DNA from: an uncultured Clostridia bacterium
Lineage (GTDB): Bacteria; UBA6262; WVXT01
Direction of reading: 5' to 3'
DNA: 64,000 bases
NCBI GenBank assembly: GCA_964403285.1
Contig: CAYOFG010000002.1
Coordinates: 21,104 to 85,103, forward strand
Shown here: positions 36,211 to 45,555 of the stretch, piece by piece
How the letters are laid out: each line of letters begins with the position of its first letter
How positions within the stretch are numbered: the stretch's first letter is position 1
The notes under the pieces: generated by a model
The model's input: only the letters and a program-made list of their open reading frames with translations
Databases searched by the model: none
Told to the model about the DNA's origin: nothing
Made by a program: the position numbers and the translations under genes

Positions 36211-36258
36211 ATTTTTGGTAGAATTTGCGCAAAATCTAAACTTTAAAGGGGTGAAATT

Positions 36259-36522
36259 ATGCCGGAAGAAAAGATTATTCCACAATTCAAAGAAGGATTA
36301 GTCGAGGAACCTGAGATTGAATTGTACAAAGAGATTTTACTCTCAGAAAAAGATGAATTAGAAAAGCTAAAGTTCAGGTTTCAAAGAAAGTGTTTTGAGG
36401 ATATTTTCAACAAACTGGAGAACATCAATTATGGCATACAACGTTCAGCCGAAGTTTTTGAGAATGCTGCTAATCAGCTGAAGGAATTACTCGAACATTT
36501 CAAAGGAATAGAAGAACTCTAA
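36259..36522 (+). CDS. hypothetical small acidic coiled-coil protein
   Basis: 87-aa ORF with RBS aaagggg upstream. No recognisable motif. Confidence 0.4.
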   Translation: MPEEKIIPQFKEGLVEEPEIELYKEILLSEKDELEKLKFRFQRKCFEDIFNKLENINYGIQRSAEVFENAANQLKELLEHFKGIEEL

Positions 36523-36587
36523 AAAACCAATTTGCTAAGTGAGATGGAGCTATGCTTTTGACCAAATAAAAAAGTTTAATTTTTCCC

Positions 36588-36629
36588 TTGACAAATTTCG
36601 TAATACTTATTATACTTGTATTGCAAGTA
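36588..36629 (+). promoter_or_regulatory. near-consensus sigma70 promoter (TTGACA-17-TATACT) with overlapping palindromic operator TACTTGtattgCAAGTA for the toxin-antitoxin operon
   Basis: -35 element at 36588-36593, -10 element at 36611-36616. A 6-bp-arm inverted repeat at 36613-36629 overlaps the -10, as is typical for autoregulated TA operons. Confidence 0.55.
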
Positions 36630-36668
36630 AAACAATGCCGGGCAGTCTAAATAAAGGTGGTGGAAAAG

Positions 36669-36884
36669 ATGCCTACAATCGCAGTAAGGCTCTCAAAGGG
36701 CGAGTCTAAAGCTTTAAATTCCGTTGTTAGGCTTACTGAAAGGACGAAAACATACATTTTAAAGGAAGCTCTTCACAGCTACCTTAAGGAGTATGTTGAC
36801 TATCAGATTGCACTTGATCGCCTGAATGATAAAGATGATGCTATTATCTCTACCAAAGAAATGAGGAAGTTAATTGGCATATAA
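36669..36884 (+). CDS. type II antitoxin, ribbon-helix-helix (CopG/RelB-like)
   Basis: MPTIAVRLSKGESKALNSVV… beta-strand-helix-helix N-terminus. Stop codon overlaps the toxin start. ATG at 36669 lies 9 nt after RBS aaaggtgg. Confidence 0.55.
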   Translation: MPTIAVRLSKGESKALNSVVRLTERTKTYILKEALHSYLKEYVDYQIALDRLNDKDDAIISTKEMRKLIGI

Positions 36885-37125
36885 GGTTATCTGGAAAAAA
36901 TCGGTTTCGAAAGACTTTAAAGAGATAACAGAAAAGCTACGAGGTAAATTGTTTGCTAAAATTGAGAAAGAACTATCTAAGCAACCTACACAAGGTGAAA
37001 AGCTACGGGGCAAGTTTGCAGGCCTTTATAAGCGTAGAATAGGGGATTATAGAGTAATTTATACAATAACTCCTCAAGGTGTTCTTGTCTTAAGAGTTCG
37101 ACATAGAAAAAATGCTTACAAATGA
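36874..37125 (+). CDS. type II toxin, RelE/ParE family
   Basis: 83 aa, basic. C-terminal …GDYRVIYTITPQGVLVLRVRHRKNAY matches the RelE/ParE core. Overlaps the antitoxin by 11 nt. Confidence 0.65.
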   Translation: MAYKVIWKKSVSKDFKEITEKLRGKLFAKIEKELSKQPTQGEKLRGKFAGLYKRRIGDYRVIYTITPQGVLVLRVRHRKNAYK

Positions 37126-37175
37126 ATTGATTCTTCCCGGGGCACCAGAAAAATTGTGCTGGATACCAATCATAG

Positions 37176-37832
37176 ATGATTGACCTTCACACACATTCAT
37201 TTTTTTCCGATGGTTCATTGATTCCTTCGGAACTTGTCTTTCGTGCCAAGAATAAAGGTTACGAAGCAATAGCTATTACCGACCACGTCGATATCTCCAA
37301 TCTCAACTTTGTTATTCCGCATATCGTTAAGGTCTCTTCAATTCTCACTATTGAGTATGAAATAGAGGTTATCCCGGGAGCGGAACTGACCTATGTTCCT
37401 CCTAATTTAATCTCCCGGGTTGCAGAGGAGTGCAGAGAACTGGGAGCAAAAATTATTTTGGTGCACGGAGAAACCACAGCGGAGCCTGTCCCCGCGGGCA
37501 CAAACCGGGCTGCCCTGGAAGGCATAATAGATATACTTTCCCATCCCGGGAAGATAAGTAGTGAGGAAGTAGACCTGGCAAAGGAGAAGAATGTCCTTCT
37601 TGAGATTACCTCCCGCAAGATACACTCTTCCACTAATCAACACGTGGGGAGTCTGGCGAAAAAGAGGGGAGCAAAGTTAATTTTTAATACTGATACGCAC
37701 GAGCCGGAGGACTTGCTTACTGACGAACAGGCTCTGAAAGTCGTTATAGAAGCAGGAATGGCGAAAGCAGATTTGAATCTTATGTTGGAAAACGCCAGGT
37801 CATTAATTAGTAAAGCGCTTAAAGGAACTTGA
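37176..37832 (+). CDS. PHP-domain metal-dependent phosphoesterase (histidinol-phosphatase-like)
   Basis: MIDLHTHSFFSDGS…AIAITDHVD… motif set of the polymerase/histidinol phosphatase family. Confidence 0.7.
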   Translation: MIDLHTHSFFSDGSLIPSELVFRAKNKGYEAIAITDHVDISNLNFVIPHIVKVSSILTIEYEIEVIPGAELTYVPPNLISRVAEECRELGAKIILVHGETTAEPVPAGTNRAALEGIIDILSHPGKISSEEVDLAKEKNVLLEITSRKIHSSTNQHVGSLAKKRGAKLIFNTDTHEPEDLLTDEQALKVVIEAGMAKADLNLMLENARSLISKALKGT

Positions 37833-38498
37833 ATGCCTCGTAAATGGGTAAAAGAAGAACTTAAAAAGGACCGTTTAGCAACCTGGGTGGAAAGGTCAGT
37901 TATCTGGGTCAATGAGAATAAGGAGAACGCTATAATTGGCGGAATAGTTATCCTTGCTATAGCAATTTTTATTCCCTTTTCCTTGTCTCGTCGCGCCAAG
38001 ATGAATGAACAAGCGTCTATCCTTTTGGCGAGAGGACAACAGGAACTTTTTGATAATCAGCTTGACAATGCTATCTCTTTTTATGACCAAGCATTAAGCC
38101 ACTCTGGCTCAAAGGCTACCCCCTTGGTCCTTCTCTATAAAGGTAATACTCTCTATAAAATGGCGAAGTATAGCGAAGCTACCTCTATTTATATGAGCTA
38201 TCTGGATAAATACGAAACCAGAAAGTTCACCCCTGAAGTCCTGATAAGCCTGGGCAATAGTCTGGAACAGGAAGGAAAATCCGATGAGGCTAAAGAAATT
38301 TACCAGAAATTTCTGGACAAGTTTCCCCAGCATTATCTCTTACCAGGGATTTACCAGGGCCTGGGGAGGTGCTATGAGAAACTGGGACAGAGAGATGAGG
38401 CAATCAAGATATACCAACAGATTTCCCAGTTCTACTCTGGCAGTATCTGGCAAACTATGGCTGAGGCGAAAATAAAAGCGTTGTCGCCTACGCCTTGA
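37833..38498 (+). CDS. membrane-anchored tetratricopeptide-repeat protein
   Basis: One N-terminal TM helix (AIIGGIVILAIAIFIPF) followed by TPR-like repeats (AISFYDQAL…, LYKMAKYSEATSIYMSYLDKY…, AKEIYQKFLDKFPQH…). Confidence 0.6.
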   Translation: MPRKWVKEELKKDRLATWVERSVIWVNENKENAIIGGIVILAIAIFIPFSLSRRAKMNEQASILLARGQQELFDNQLDNAISFYDQALSHSGSKATPLVLLYKGNTLYKMAKYSEATSIYMSYLDKYETRKFTPEVLISLGNSLEQEGKSDEAKEIYQKFLDKFPQHYLLPGIYQGLGRCYEKLGQRDEAIKIYQQISQFYSGSIWQTMAEAKIKALSPTP

Positions 38499-38589
38499 AC
38501 TCAATATAGGGCAGATTCTTTCGAGGGGAAGATTCAAGTTTTCTCTTGACTTTTTCCTCTTTTTTTTATATGGTATCTGAAATCATGCT

Positions 38590-38668
38590 GTCATTGCGAA
38601 CGAAGTGAAGTCCCGATTTATCGGGACCACGGGCTTCGCCCTCGCAACGACACTTCGGTTGAGATAAG
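38590..38668. repeat. GC-rich dispersed repeat copy (family shared with 44384-44600 and 63170-63560)
   Basis: gcgaacgaagtg is the reverse complement of cacttcgttcgc at ~44455. The cccgatttatcgggacc hairpin is shared with 63520-63541. gggcttcgccctcg is shared with 44384. Confidence 0.5.
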
Positions 38669-38678
38669 GAGAGAGCGT

Positions 38679-39860
38679 TTGAAACGGACAATTCTACTGG
38701 TTCTTCTTGTATCTTCCATCCTGCACATATCTCCTGGAGTTGGTCTGGCAGGCGTGAGAGTGGGAGAAGAAGTCAGGATAAGGATAGTTCCGGTAAGCAA
38801 TGGAGATGAAAGTTACGTCTATCAACGGACGAGATTGTTGATGGAAGGAGTATTAGCAGAAGGAATTACCATCGGGATAAAATTGCAATCGAGGGGTTTC
38901 TGGGGTGTGGATACTTCCACAGTAACCATTGAGGGATTAACTCGCAGGAATATGTTGCCCTGGATTGAAAATGCCTACGTAAGAGTTGATGAATTTTTTG
39001 GCCTTCCTTTGTACCTGTCTTTGGGAAGACAAACTCTCCAATACGGAGATGGGTTATTGGTTGATGATAACGCGTCAGGTTATGATGCCATTAAACTATC
39101 CGCCATTTTGCCCTGGGCGGTTGACTGCGAGCTAATGATGCTAAAACCAACAGAGGCCATTGGCGTTAGCCCTGATAACTGGAAAGAGAAGAACGCTTAT
39201 GGAGCGTTTATTAAGAGACGGTGGAAAGGGATTACTCCCCAAATTTCTGGTTTCTGGCAGAGAGATCGAACTATCGGAGTAGATAAGAACTTTGTGGGAT
39301 GCCAGGTGAGCGGACAACTGGGAAAGGAAGTCGATTATCGGGGTGGCGTAATCATTCAATCGGGAAAGGGGGGAGGAAGAGATTATAAAGGTTTAGCCTA
39401 CATATTAGGTGGAACCTTTGCAGCTGATACGAGATTTGGTAAAGGCATCGCTGTTTGTGAGTATCTCGTGGGTAGCGGAGAATTGGCACCGATTACAGGA
39501 AAAGATGAAAATTTCTCTTCCGACTACGCTCACCTTTCAGAAGAAGAGTACGGTGAATACTATATGGAAAATAGAAACGTGGTGAGACAGGGAGATACCG
39601 ATTATGCAATTACTAACTTGAAGATATTTAAATTGGGATTGTCTATATTTCCTCTCCCTGAATTGAAGACCGGATTTAACTATTTAATCTACAATTCTCC
39701 TAGTCCCAAAGGTAACATCGGAGATGAAGTGGACATTTCCGTTAAGCACTATTACTCAGAGAATCTTTCATTTCGCCTGGTGTATGGTATATTTATGCCG
39801 GGAAAGCTTGCTGAGGACGGTGCAAATAAAGTTATGGGAGAGGTGATGGTGAAATTCTAA
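38679..39860 (+). CDS. hypothetical secreted/outer-membrane protein
   Basis: Signal peptide MKRTILLVLLVSSILHISPGVGLA. Alternating beta-strand-like segments; C-terminal aromatic residue (…VMVKF). Confidence 0.45.
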   Translation: MKRTILLVLLVSSILHISPGVGLAGVRVGEEVRIRIVPVSNGDESYVYQRTRLLMEGVLAEGITIGIKLQSRGFWGVDTSTVTIEGLTRRNMLPWIENAYVRVDEFFGLPLYLSLGRQTLQYGDGLLVDDNASGYDAIKLSAILPWAVDCELMMLKPTEAIGVSPDNWKEKNAYGAFIKRRWKGITPQISGFWQRDRTIGVDKNFVGCQVSGQLGKEVDYRGGVIIQSGKGGGRDYKGLAYILGGTFAADTRFGKGIAVCEYLVGSGELAPITGKDENFSSDYAHLSEEEYGEYYMENRNVVRQGDTDYAITNLKIFKLGLSIFPLPELKTGFNYLIYNSPSPKGNIGDEVDISVKHYYSENLSFRLVYGIFMPGKLAEDGANKVMGEVMVKF

Positions 39861-39904
39861 TGCCCACCACTGGGATATCTTGTGGAGAACGCGAAACAAG
39901 TTTC

Positions 39905-39946
39905 GCTACTCCGAAGGACTCTGGAGTAGCAGAGCTTGCTCTGCTA
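39905..39946. terminator. double hairpin of GGAGTAGC family after the 38679 gene
   Basis: gctactcc-gaaggactct-ggagtagc followed by agcagagc-ttg-ctctgct. Confidence 0.5.
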
Positions 39947-39962
39947 AATTAAAGGAGGCAAA

Positions 39963-40487
39963 ATGAAAAAATTAGTAATTGGTCTGGCAACAGTGAGTAT
40001 TCTTTTCTGTTTGCCCCTCAGGGGAGAAGCGGTTAGTATGAAAAACAGATTAGGCGTCGGTTTTTCTGCTCTTTCACCTCTGGAGGGCTGGTCTGTCAGG
40101 TATTGGTTGACTGAGAAATTTGCTGTCAACCCGGTCATTGGCTTCCATTTGGAGACGGACAATAACCAATTTCTTCTGGGAGGAAGAGCGCTGTATAAGG
40201 CAAAAGACGAGGAGAGTGTGAATTTGTATTTGGGTGGAGAAATCGGTGGAGACTTAAGACAGAACGCAGATGATAATTTTTTGATAGGTCCATTTGCCGG
40301 CGTAGAGTATTTCATGATGCAGCTTCCCAATTTGGGTCTGGGAGCGGAAATTGGTCTATATTATCAAAGCGAGGCTTCGTCTTTCGCCACAGCTTATGGT
40401 CAGATTGTTGTACATTACTATTTTGGTGGCTCTAAAGAGGTTAAACAACCTGCCACAAAACCTGCCCAACCTGCTAAAAAGAAGTAA
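39963..40487 (+). CDS. small outer-membrane beta-barrel protein (OmpW/OmpA-like 8-strand type)
   Basis: RBS aaaggagg. Signal peptide MKKLVIGLATVSILFCLPLRGEA. Alternating hydrophobic beta-strands. Lys/Pro-rich tail. Confidence 0.5.
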   Translation: MKKLVIGLATVSILFCLPLRGEAVSMKNRLGVGFSALSPLEGWSVRYWLTEKFAVNPVIGFHLETDNNQFLLGGRALYKAKDEESVNLYLGGEIGGDLRQNADDNFLIGPFAGVEYFMMQLPNLGLGAEIGLYYQSEASSFATAYGQIVVHYYFGGSKEVKQPATKPAQPAKKK

Positions 40488-40489
40488 GA

Positions 40490-42691
40490 ATGCCTCAAAA
40501 TAATGTTCTCCATATTTCCTTTCTATGGCATATGCACCAGCCATATTATAAGGACCCCTTGGAAAATAAATTTGTTCTTCCCTGGGTGAGGCTTCACGCG
40601 ATTAAAGACTATTATGACATGGTGGCGTACTTAGATGACTTTCCCAAGATTTTTGTAAATTTCAATCTTGTCCCTTCCCTGATAGACCAAATAAACGATT
40701 ATGCCCAGAACAATTTGACTGACCAGTTTCTGGACCTTACTTTGAAACCCGCCAACAAGCTATCCCCGGAGGACAGGATTTTTATCCTCCAGAACTTCTT
40801 TACAGCAAATTGGGAAAATATGATTAAGCCTTTTCCCCGTTACTGGGACCTTCTGTCCCAGAGGGGGAAATATGTGGCTACAGAAGAGTTGGAAGGGATC
40901 CAGAGAAGGTTCAGCGCACAGGACTTTTTAGATTTACAGTTGCTTTTCAACCTTTGTTGGATTGACCCCTACATAAGAAGGCAAGACCCTGAACTTGGGA
41001 AATTGGAGAAGAAAGAGAGGAGATTTACTGAGGAAGAGAAGAGATTGGTCATAGATAAGCAACTGGAAATAATTAAGAAAGTGATTGGTAAGTATCGAGA
41101 GAAACAGGAACAGGGTCAGATTGAAATTTCCGTTACTCCTTATTACCACCCCATTTTGCCTCTTCTGATTGACATTGAGGCAGCGAAGATGGCCACTCCT
41201 GAAATCGCCCTGCCCAAAGAAGAGTTTCGCCATAGGGAAGACGCCAAAACTCAAATTGAACGAGCGGTTGCCTGTTATGAGAAATTTTTCGGCAGGAGAC
41301 CAAAGGGAATGTGGCCCGCCGAGGGCGCGGTCTCAGAAGCAATCGTCCCTTTAATTTCCCAGGCAGGAATAGATTGGATCGCCACTGATGAGGATATTCT
41401 GGCATCATCAATAGGTGATTCTCCCCATAAGGCTGATATACTTTATAAACCATATCGGTTCAGCACGGACAACAGTTCCATAAAAATTGTTTTCCGAAAC
41501 AGGAAACTGTCCGATCTAATCGGTTTCACCTACGCAGATGTTCCACCCGATGAGGCGGTGAGACATTTTATGCAGGAACTTCACAATATTCATAAGCGAG
41601 TAAGCCACTTCCCCGGGCCCCATCTGGTGACTATTATACTTGATGGGGAGAACTGCTGGGAATATTATAGGAATGACGGCCGGGACTTTCTCCAAGAGCT
41701 TTATCGAGCAATTAGTAATGATTCTTTATTAGAATCGACAACAATTGGTAAATTTATAGAAAATTATCCGGAGCCAGTCTCTTTACCCAAACTATGGAGT
41801 GGTTCCTGGATAAATCGCAATTTTGGTGTCTGGATTGGTCACGAGGAGGATAATCTTGCCTGGAACTATCTCGCCAGGACTCGCAAAATGTTAGCCCACT
41901 TTGAGGAAAAAAATCAGGAGAAATATAAAGAGGCTATAGAGAAAGCGAAAGAAGAGATATATGCTGCCGAAGGCAGTGATTGGAACTGGTGGTATGGAGA
42001 TGAACATCGCTCAGCAAATAGTGTCGATTTCGATAATCTTTATCGAAAGCACTTGATGAATGTATATACTTTTCTTGGTCAAAAAGTGCCGGATTGGCTG
42101 CATATCGCCATTTCCGGTCACGAGAAACCACGTCCCAAGCGCGAGCCTGCCGACTTCATAAATCCCATATTGGACGGCAAAGTAACCAATTATTTTGAAT
42201 GGCAGGGAGCGGGACAGTACGAGGTCTCGGAGACGATAGGACCGATGCACCGTCGAGGAAACATCATAAGAAGTTTCTTTTACGGATTCGACCTGAACAA
42301 TTTTTATCTGCGTATTGACACAAATATGCAACTTTCTTATGAAAATTTAAAAGACCTCACAATCAAAATCAATTTCTCCAAGGAATCTCCCCAACAGGCA
42401 AGCATTCAAATGAACCAGGATGGAAATCTTGCTTTTTCTCTTTTTGATATAGTCCAGGCAGAGGATGGGGAGAATTATCAAAAGTTGAAAGATTTGACTT
42501 CTGTGAGTTATCAAAAAATCATAGAATTGAGTATACCTTTTGTTGATTTGAGAGCCAAAGTTGGTCAGGCGATAGAGATCGTAGTCGTTTTAGAGCGAAA
42601 CAATGTGGAACTTGAAAGATGGCCTTTCCATGGAACGATAACTTTTCTTGTCCCGGGAGAGGATTTTTCACTCCAGTACTGGTCGGTTTGA
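40490..42691 (+). CDS. glycoside hydrolase family 57 protein (alpha-glucan-active; branching enzyme/amylopullulanase-like) with C-terminal extension
   Basis: N-terminal HISFLWHMHQPYY (GH57 conserved region I) and downstream GH57-like acidic motifs. 733 aa. Confidence 0.7.
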   Translation: MPQNNVLHISFLWHMHQPYYKDPLENKFVLPWVRLHAIKDYYDMVAYLDDFPKIFVNFNLVPSLIDQINDYAQNNLTDQFLDLTLKPANKLSPEDRIFILQNFFTANWENMIKPFPRYWDLLSQRGKYVATEELEGIQRRFSAQDFLDLQLLFNLCWIDPYIRRQDPELGKLEKKERRFTEEEKRLVIDKQLEIIKKVIGKYREKQEQGQIEISVTPYYHPILPLLIDIEAAKMATPEIALPKEEFRHREDAKTQIERAVACYEKFFGRRPKGMWPAEGAVSEAIVPLISQAGIDWIATDEDILASSIGDSPHKADILYKPYRFSTDNSSIKIVFRNRKLSDLIGFTYADVPPDEAVRHFMQELHNIHKRVSHFPGPHLVTIILDGENCWEYYRNDGRDFLQELYRAISNDSLLESTTIGKFIENYPEPVSLPKLWSGSWINRNFGVWIGHEEDNLAWNYLARTRKMLAHFEEKNQEKYKEAIEKAKEEIYAAEGSDWNWWYGDEHRSANSVDFDNLYRKHLMNVYTFLGQKVPDWLHIAISGHEKPRPKREPADFINPILDGKVTNYFEWQGAGQYEVSETIGPMHRRGNIIRSFFYGFDLNNFYLRIDTNMQLSYENLKDLTIKINFSKESPQQASIQMNQDGNLAFSLFDIVQAEDGENYQKLKDLTSVSYQKIIELSIPFVDLRAKVGQAIEIVVVLERNNVELERWPFHGTITFLVPGEDFSLQYWSV

Positions 42692-42704
42692 AAATCTGTA
42701 ATTG

Positions 42705-42814
42705 TTAGTGTAGGGCTTTACCCCGTTAGAAATTCCCTCAGGAGAATTTGTAACATCCATTTCTAACGGGGTTTATGCCCGTAATTTGTAATTTGAAATT
42801 CGTAATTTGTAGTG
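42705..42814. repeat. left copy of an inverted repeat (partner 47961-48010) interrupted by a nested 13-bp-arm palindromic mini-element (42721-42773)
   Basis: tagtgtagggcttta … tgcccgtaatttgtaatttg matches the reverse complement of 47966-48000. The inserted ccccgttagaaat…atttctaacgggg forms a perfect hairpin. Confidence 0.6.
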
Positions 42815-42821
42815 AAGGGAG

Positions 42822-43028
42822 GTGAGAATCATGTCAGGTTGGGCATTCTGGCTTGTGGTAATCCTTTTAGCAGTACTTCTGATTATGGGTGCAGTATTTG
42901 CTCTCAGAGAGTTCCGAAAGAATAAGAAATTTGGTAGTGTTATCCTTCACTATATCCTTTTGGTAGTGCTCACGATGATTGTCCTAAAACTACTTTTCGC
43001 TGTTTTTGCCTTTGCAGTTAATGTTTAG
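42822..43028 (+). CDS. small two-TM membrane protein (hypothetical)
   Basis: RBS gaagggagg. 68 aa, highly hydrophobic. Confidence 0.35.
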   Translation: MRIMSGWAFWLVVILLAVLLIMGAVFALREFRKNKKFGSVILHYILLVVLTMIVLKLLFAVFAFAVNV

Positions 43029-43067
43029 GGTAAACTGGCCGTTTGTCAACCCTAAAGGCTAAAAAAG

Positions 43068-43345
43068 GGCTAAATTTCGCCTTTTCAGGCCCTTTTTCTA
43101 AAATACTGGTAGGAAAATACCTACCAATCCATTTTGTGCCCTTCTGGACTTCTCCTATGGAAAAAGAACTTGATGAACTCAAAGAACTTCACCAATTCTA
43201 CCTATACCATCATTACAAAACCGCACAGATAGCCAGGGAGCTGGGAGTTAGCAGAAGGACAGTACAGCGCTGGTTCAGCGGAAAGGCTAGACCCAATGAC
43301 GAAAAACTAAACCAGATAAGGAAATTACTTGGTAAAAAAGGATGA
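43068..43345 (+). repeat. direct repeat copy 1 (~280 bp, ~90% identical to 45213-45555) containing a small HTH gene
   Basis: Alignable from ggctaaatttcgcc through the HTH ORF. Copy 2 carries a ~58-bp insertion in the leader. Confidence 0.7.
43157..43345 (+). CDS. small helix-turn-helix DNA-binding protein (copy 1)
   Basis: MEKELDELKELHQFYLYHHYKTAQIARELGVSRRTVQRWFSG… is a classic HTH (ELGVSRRTVQRW). Confidence 0.5.
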   Translation: MEKELDELKELHQFYLYHHYKTAQIARELGVSRRTVQRWFSGKARPNDEKLNQIRKLLGKKG

Positions 43346-43659
43346 AAGAATTATTATATGCTTATATCGGATATATTACCTTTAATTTTAGAGGGTTTTA
43401 GAAGCTGTTTACAGTATAATTGGATATAAAACCCCTATTTTATATCCAGTTTAAGATTCTTCCTTTAGCTCTTTTTTCTACGTGGGTGTATTTCCACAAA
43501 TTCTATAGTTAGAAATAAACGGGTACTTCGCAAAAAATACCAAATTGGAGGCATAGCCGAAGTAGTTCGGATATAAATAGTTATGTGACATTTGCCTTCG
43601 TCCACGACATTCGCAAAAGATAAATATTAATAGATAAAGTAGAAAGTGGGAGGCGAATA

Positions 43660-44382
43660 ATGGGATTAGCAAAACCAATCGAGAAATACGAAAAGCAGGT
43701 TCTTAATTCATTAGGATGGGAATATAAGGGACTCAAGTGGTGTGAACTTGGGAACCAAAGAACTTATAAAAACGAGGTTGCTAAAGAGATATATTTATCT
43801 CTTGGAGTAGAACATATCTCCATAGATATAAATTGTGAAGATGGGGCCCTACCAATAGATTTAGATAAGCCTGTACCATTTATTTTCCTAGGTCAATTTG
43901 ATGTAATAACCAACTATGGAACCATAGACCATGTCAACAATCAATATCAAGTTTTTAAAAATGTACATGATATGTGTAAAAAAGGTGGAATCATGATTCA
44001 TGCTTTCCCGCTCAAAGGGCATTGGCCAAAACATTGTAGATATTATTATTCTGAAGTTTTTGTGAAAGGATTAGCAAATGCGTGCAATTATCGGATAATT
44101 AATTATACCATCCTAGATAAAGATGTTTGCAAGACCCCTAATAATTTAATAGCAGTCACTTTTAAGAAGGAAAATACAGGCATTTCTACAAATAACAAAT
44201 TTATTTCTAAGGAAGAATTTTACCAAATTGGTGGCATAATAGACACTGGTGCTTTGGAATGTACAGGAGACTATACTCGTAAAGATTACAATCTTTTTAT
44301 TTCTGTGGCTAAAAAATTACCATCACCAATAAGTAGGATAGGTAAAAAATTTATTAGAAAGTTGGCACAATATTTAAAATAA
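43660..44382 (+). CDS. hypothetical protein in AT-rich insert (possible methyltransferase-like fold)
   Basis: RBS gggagg. 240 aa. Local GC clearly lower than the flanks. Weak motif I-like segment (CELGNQ…) only. Confidence 0.4.
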   Translation: MGLAKPIEKYEKQVLNSLGWEYKGLKWCELGNQRTYKNEVAKEIYLSLGVEHISIDINCEDGALPIDLDKPVPFIFLGQFDVITNYGTIDHVNNQYQVFKNVHDMCKKGGIMIHAFPLKGHWPKHCRYYYSEVFVKGLANACNYRIINYTILDKDVCKTPNNLIAVTFKKENTGISTNNKFISKEEFYQIGGIIDTGALECTGDYTRKDYNLFISVAKKLPSPISRIGKKFIRKLAQYLK

Positions 44383-44383
44383 T

Positions 44384-44600
44384 GTGGGCTTCGGCAAACG
44401 CATCGTCGCTTCGCTCCTCGCCCTCACTTCGTTCGGGTCATATAACACGGGCTATACGGTTCACTTCGTTCGCTCAAATCGGCTATCGCCGACTTCGTAT
44501 AGCCCGAGAACGTTAACCGACTGTCGCAAAAGTAAGGCTTTTGCGACACGGGGAACGGCGAGGAGAGAAGGGCAGTGACGAGGATGTGAAAGAGGGGTTT
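44384..44600. repeat. GC-rich dispersed repeat copy
   Basis: cgcttcgctc and cacttcgttcgc x2; ctcaaatcggc is comparable to 63170-63560. Sharp GC jump directly after the AT-rich gene. Confidence 0.5.
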
Positions 44601-45212
44601 GAAGTTTTGCGACGTTGAAAAGAGATTCTAAACGAAATACTAGGGGACAATAAGCACTAAAGATACATCAAAGAAATAAAAAAATCAAAAAAGACTTGAC
44701 AAGGTTCATCATAGAAGGCTGAATAACGAGAAAAGTTAAAACGTATATGGATAAGTTGATTCAGTCGAATATAAGGAAGTCTTTGAAGGTCGCTGCCGAA
44801 GAAAACCTGAAGGTACCTGATAACCTTATCGAAGTTGTCGATGAAGAGCCCGGCGACGCAATCGTTTCCTTTGTCTCGGAGAAACTTGCCAAAGTTGCCT
44901 TGCAACCGATTCTCTGGTTTTACCGAAACTCTTCCCATGAGTTGCAATGGCCTCGGCAATCATTCTTTGGCCTCTATTCAATCAGAAACGCCATTCGAGG
45001 CATCTTTCTCGGCTTGCGCTTTATACAAGCTGGCCACCTGCTTCGAGAAAAACCGCTTTCTCGCTGCGTCAGTATTCTACTACTATACTTCATCGTTTCA
45101 TTTGCTTAACTCGTTTTTGGCCCTACATAGTCGTGTTATAATCGAGGAAGTTCTTGGACCTGCGAAAGTACTAAACCGATCAAGAAAGCTAAAGGCGTAA
45201 AGCCTGAAAGAA

Positions 45213-45555
45213 GGCTAAATTTCGCCTTTTAAGCCGCTTTTTCTAAAAAACTGGTAAATTGATACCTGCCAATCCATTTTGTGCCCTTCTGGAGTCCTCC
45301 CGACAGGGGGAAAACCTGCCGATGAAATCGGGGGGAACTCCACAACTGGCTTCTCCTATGGAAAAAGAACTTGATGAACTCAAACAACTTCACCAATTCT
45401 ACCTATACCATCATTACAAAACCGGGGACATAGCCAAGGAGCTGGGAGTCAGCAGAAGGACAGTGCAGCGCTGGTTCAGCGGAAAGGCTAGACCCACTGA
45501 CGAAAAACTGAACCAGATAAGGAAATTACTAAATAGAGAAAGACGCAGGTCTTAA
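45213..45555 (+). repeat. direct repeat copy 2 containing second HTH gene
   Basis: See 43068-43345. Confidence 0.7.
45358..45555 (+). CDS. small helix-turn-helix DNA-binding protein (copy 2)
   Basis: MEKELDELKQLHQFYLYHHYKTGDIAKELGVSRRTVQRWFSGKARPTDEKLNQIRKLL…. Confidence 0.5.
   Translation: MEKELDELKQLHQFYLYHHYKTGDIAKELGVSRRTVQRWFSGKARPTDEKLNQIRKLLNRERRRS

Noticed and set aside
36014-36232. 72-aa minus-strand ORF overlapping the tRNA-Arg gene
   Set aside because: Its sequence is the reverse complement of the tRNA and its promoter. The tRNA has a complete cloverleaf and CCA, so this is an ORF-caller artefact.
37833-38498. Assigning the TPR protein to a specific family (YfgM, BamD, PilF)
   Set aside because: Only a generic N-terminal TM anchor plus three TPR-like repeats is visible. 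No family-specific motif, so it is kept as a generic TPR protein.
44657-45200. Several 60-121-aa ORFs on both strands in the region between the GC-rich repeat and HTH copy 2
   Set aside because: Overlapping alternative frames with no consistent coding signal. Possibly a degraded gene remnant; insufficient evidence for a CDS or pseudogene call.
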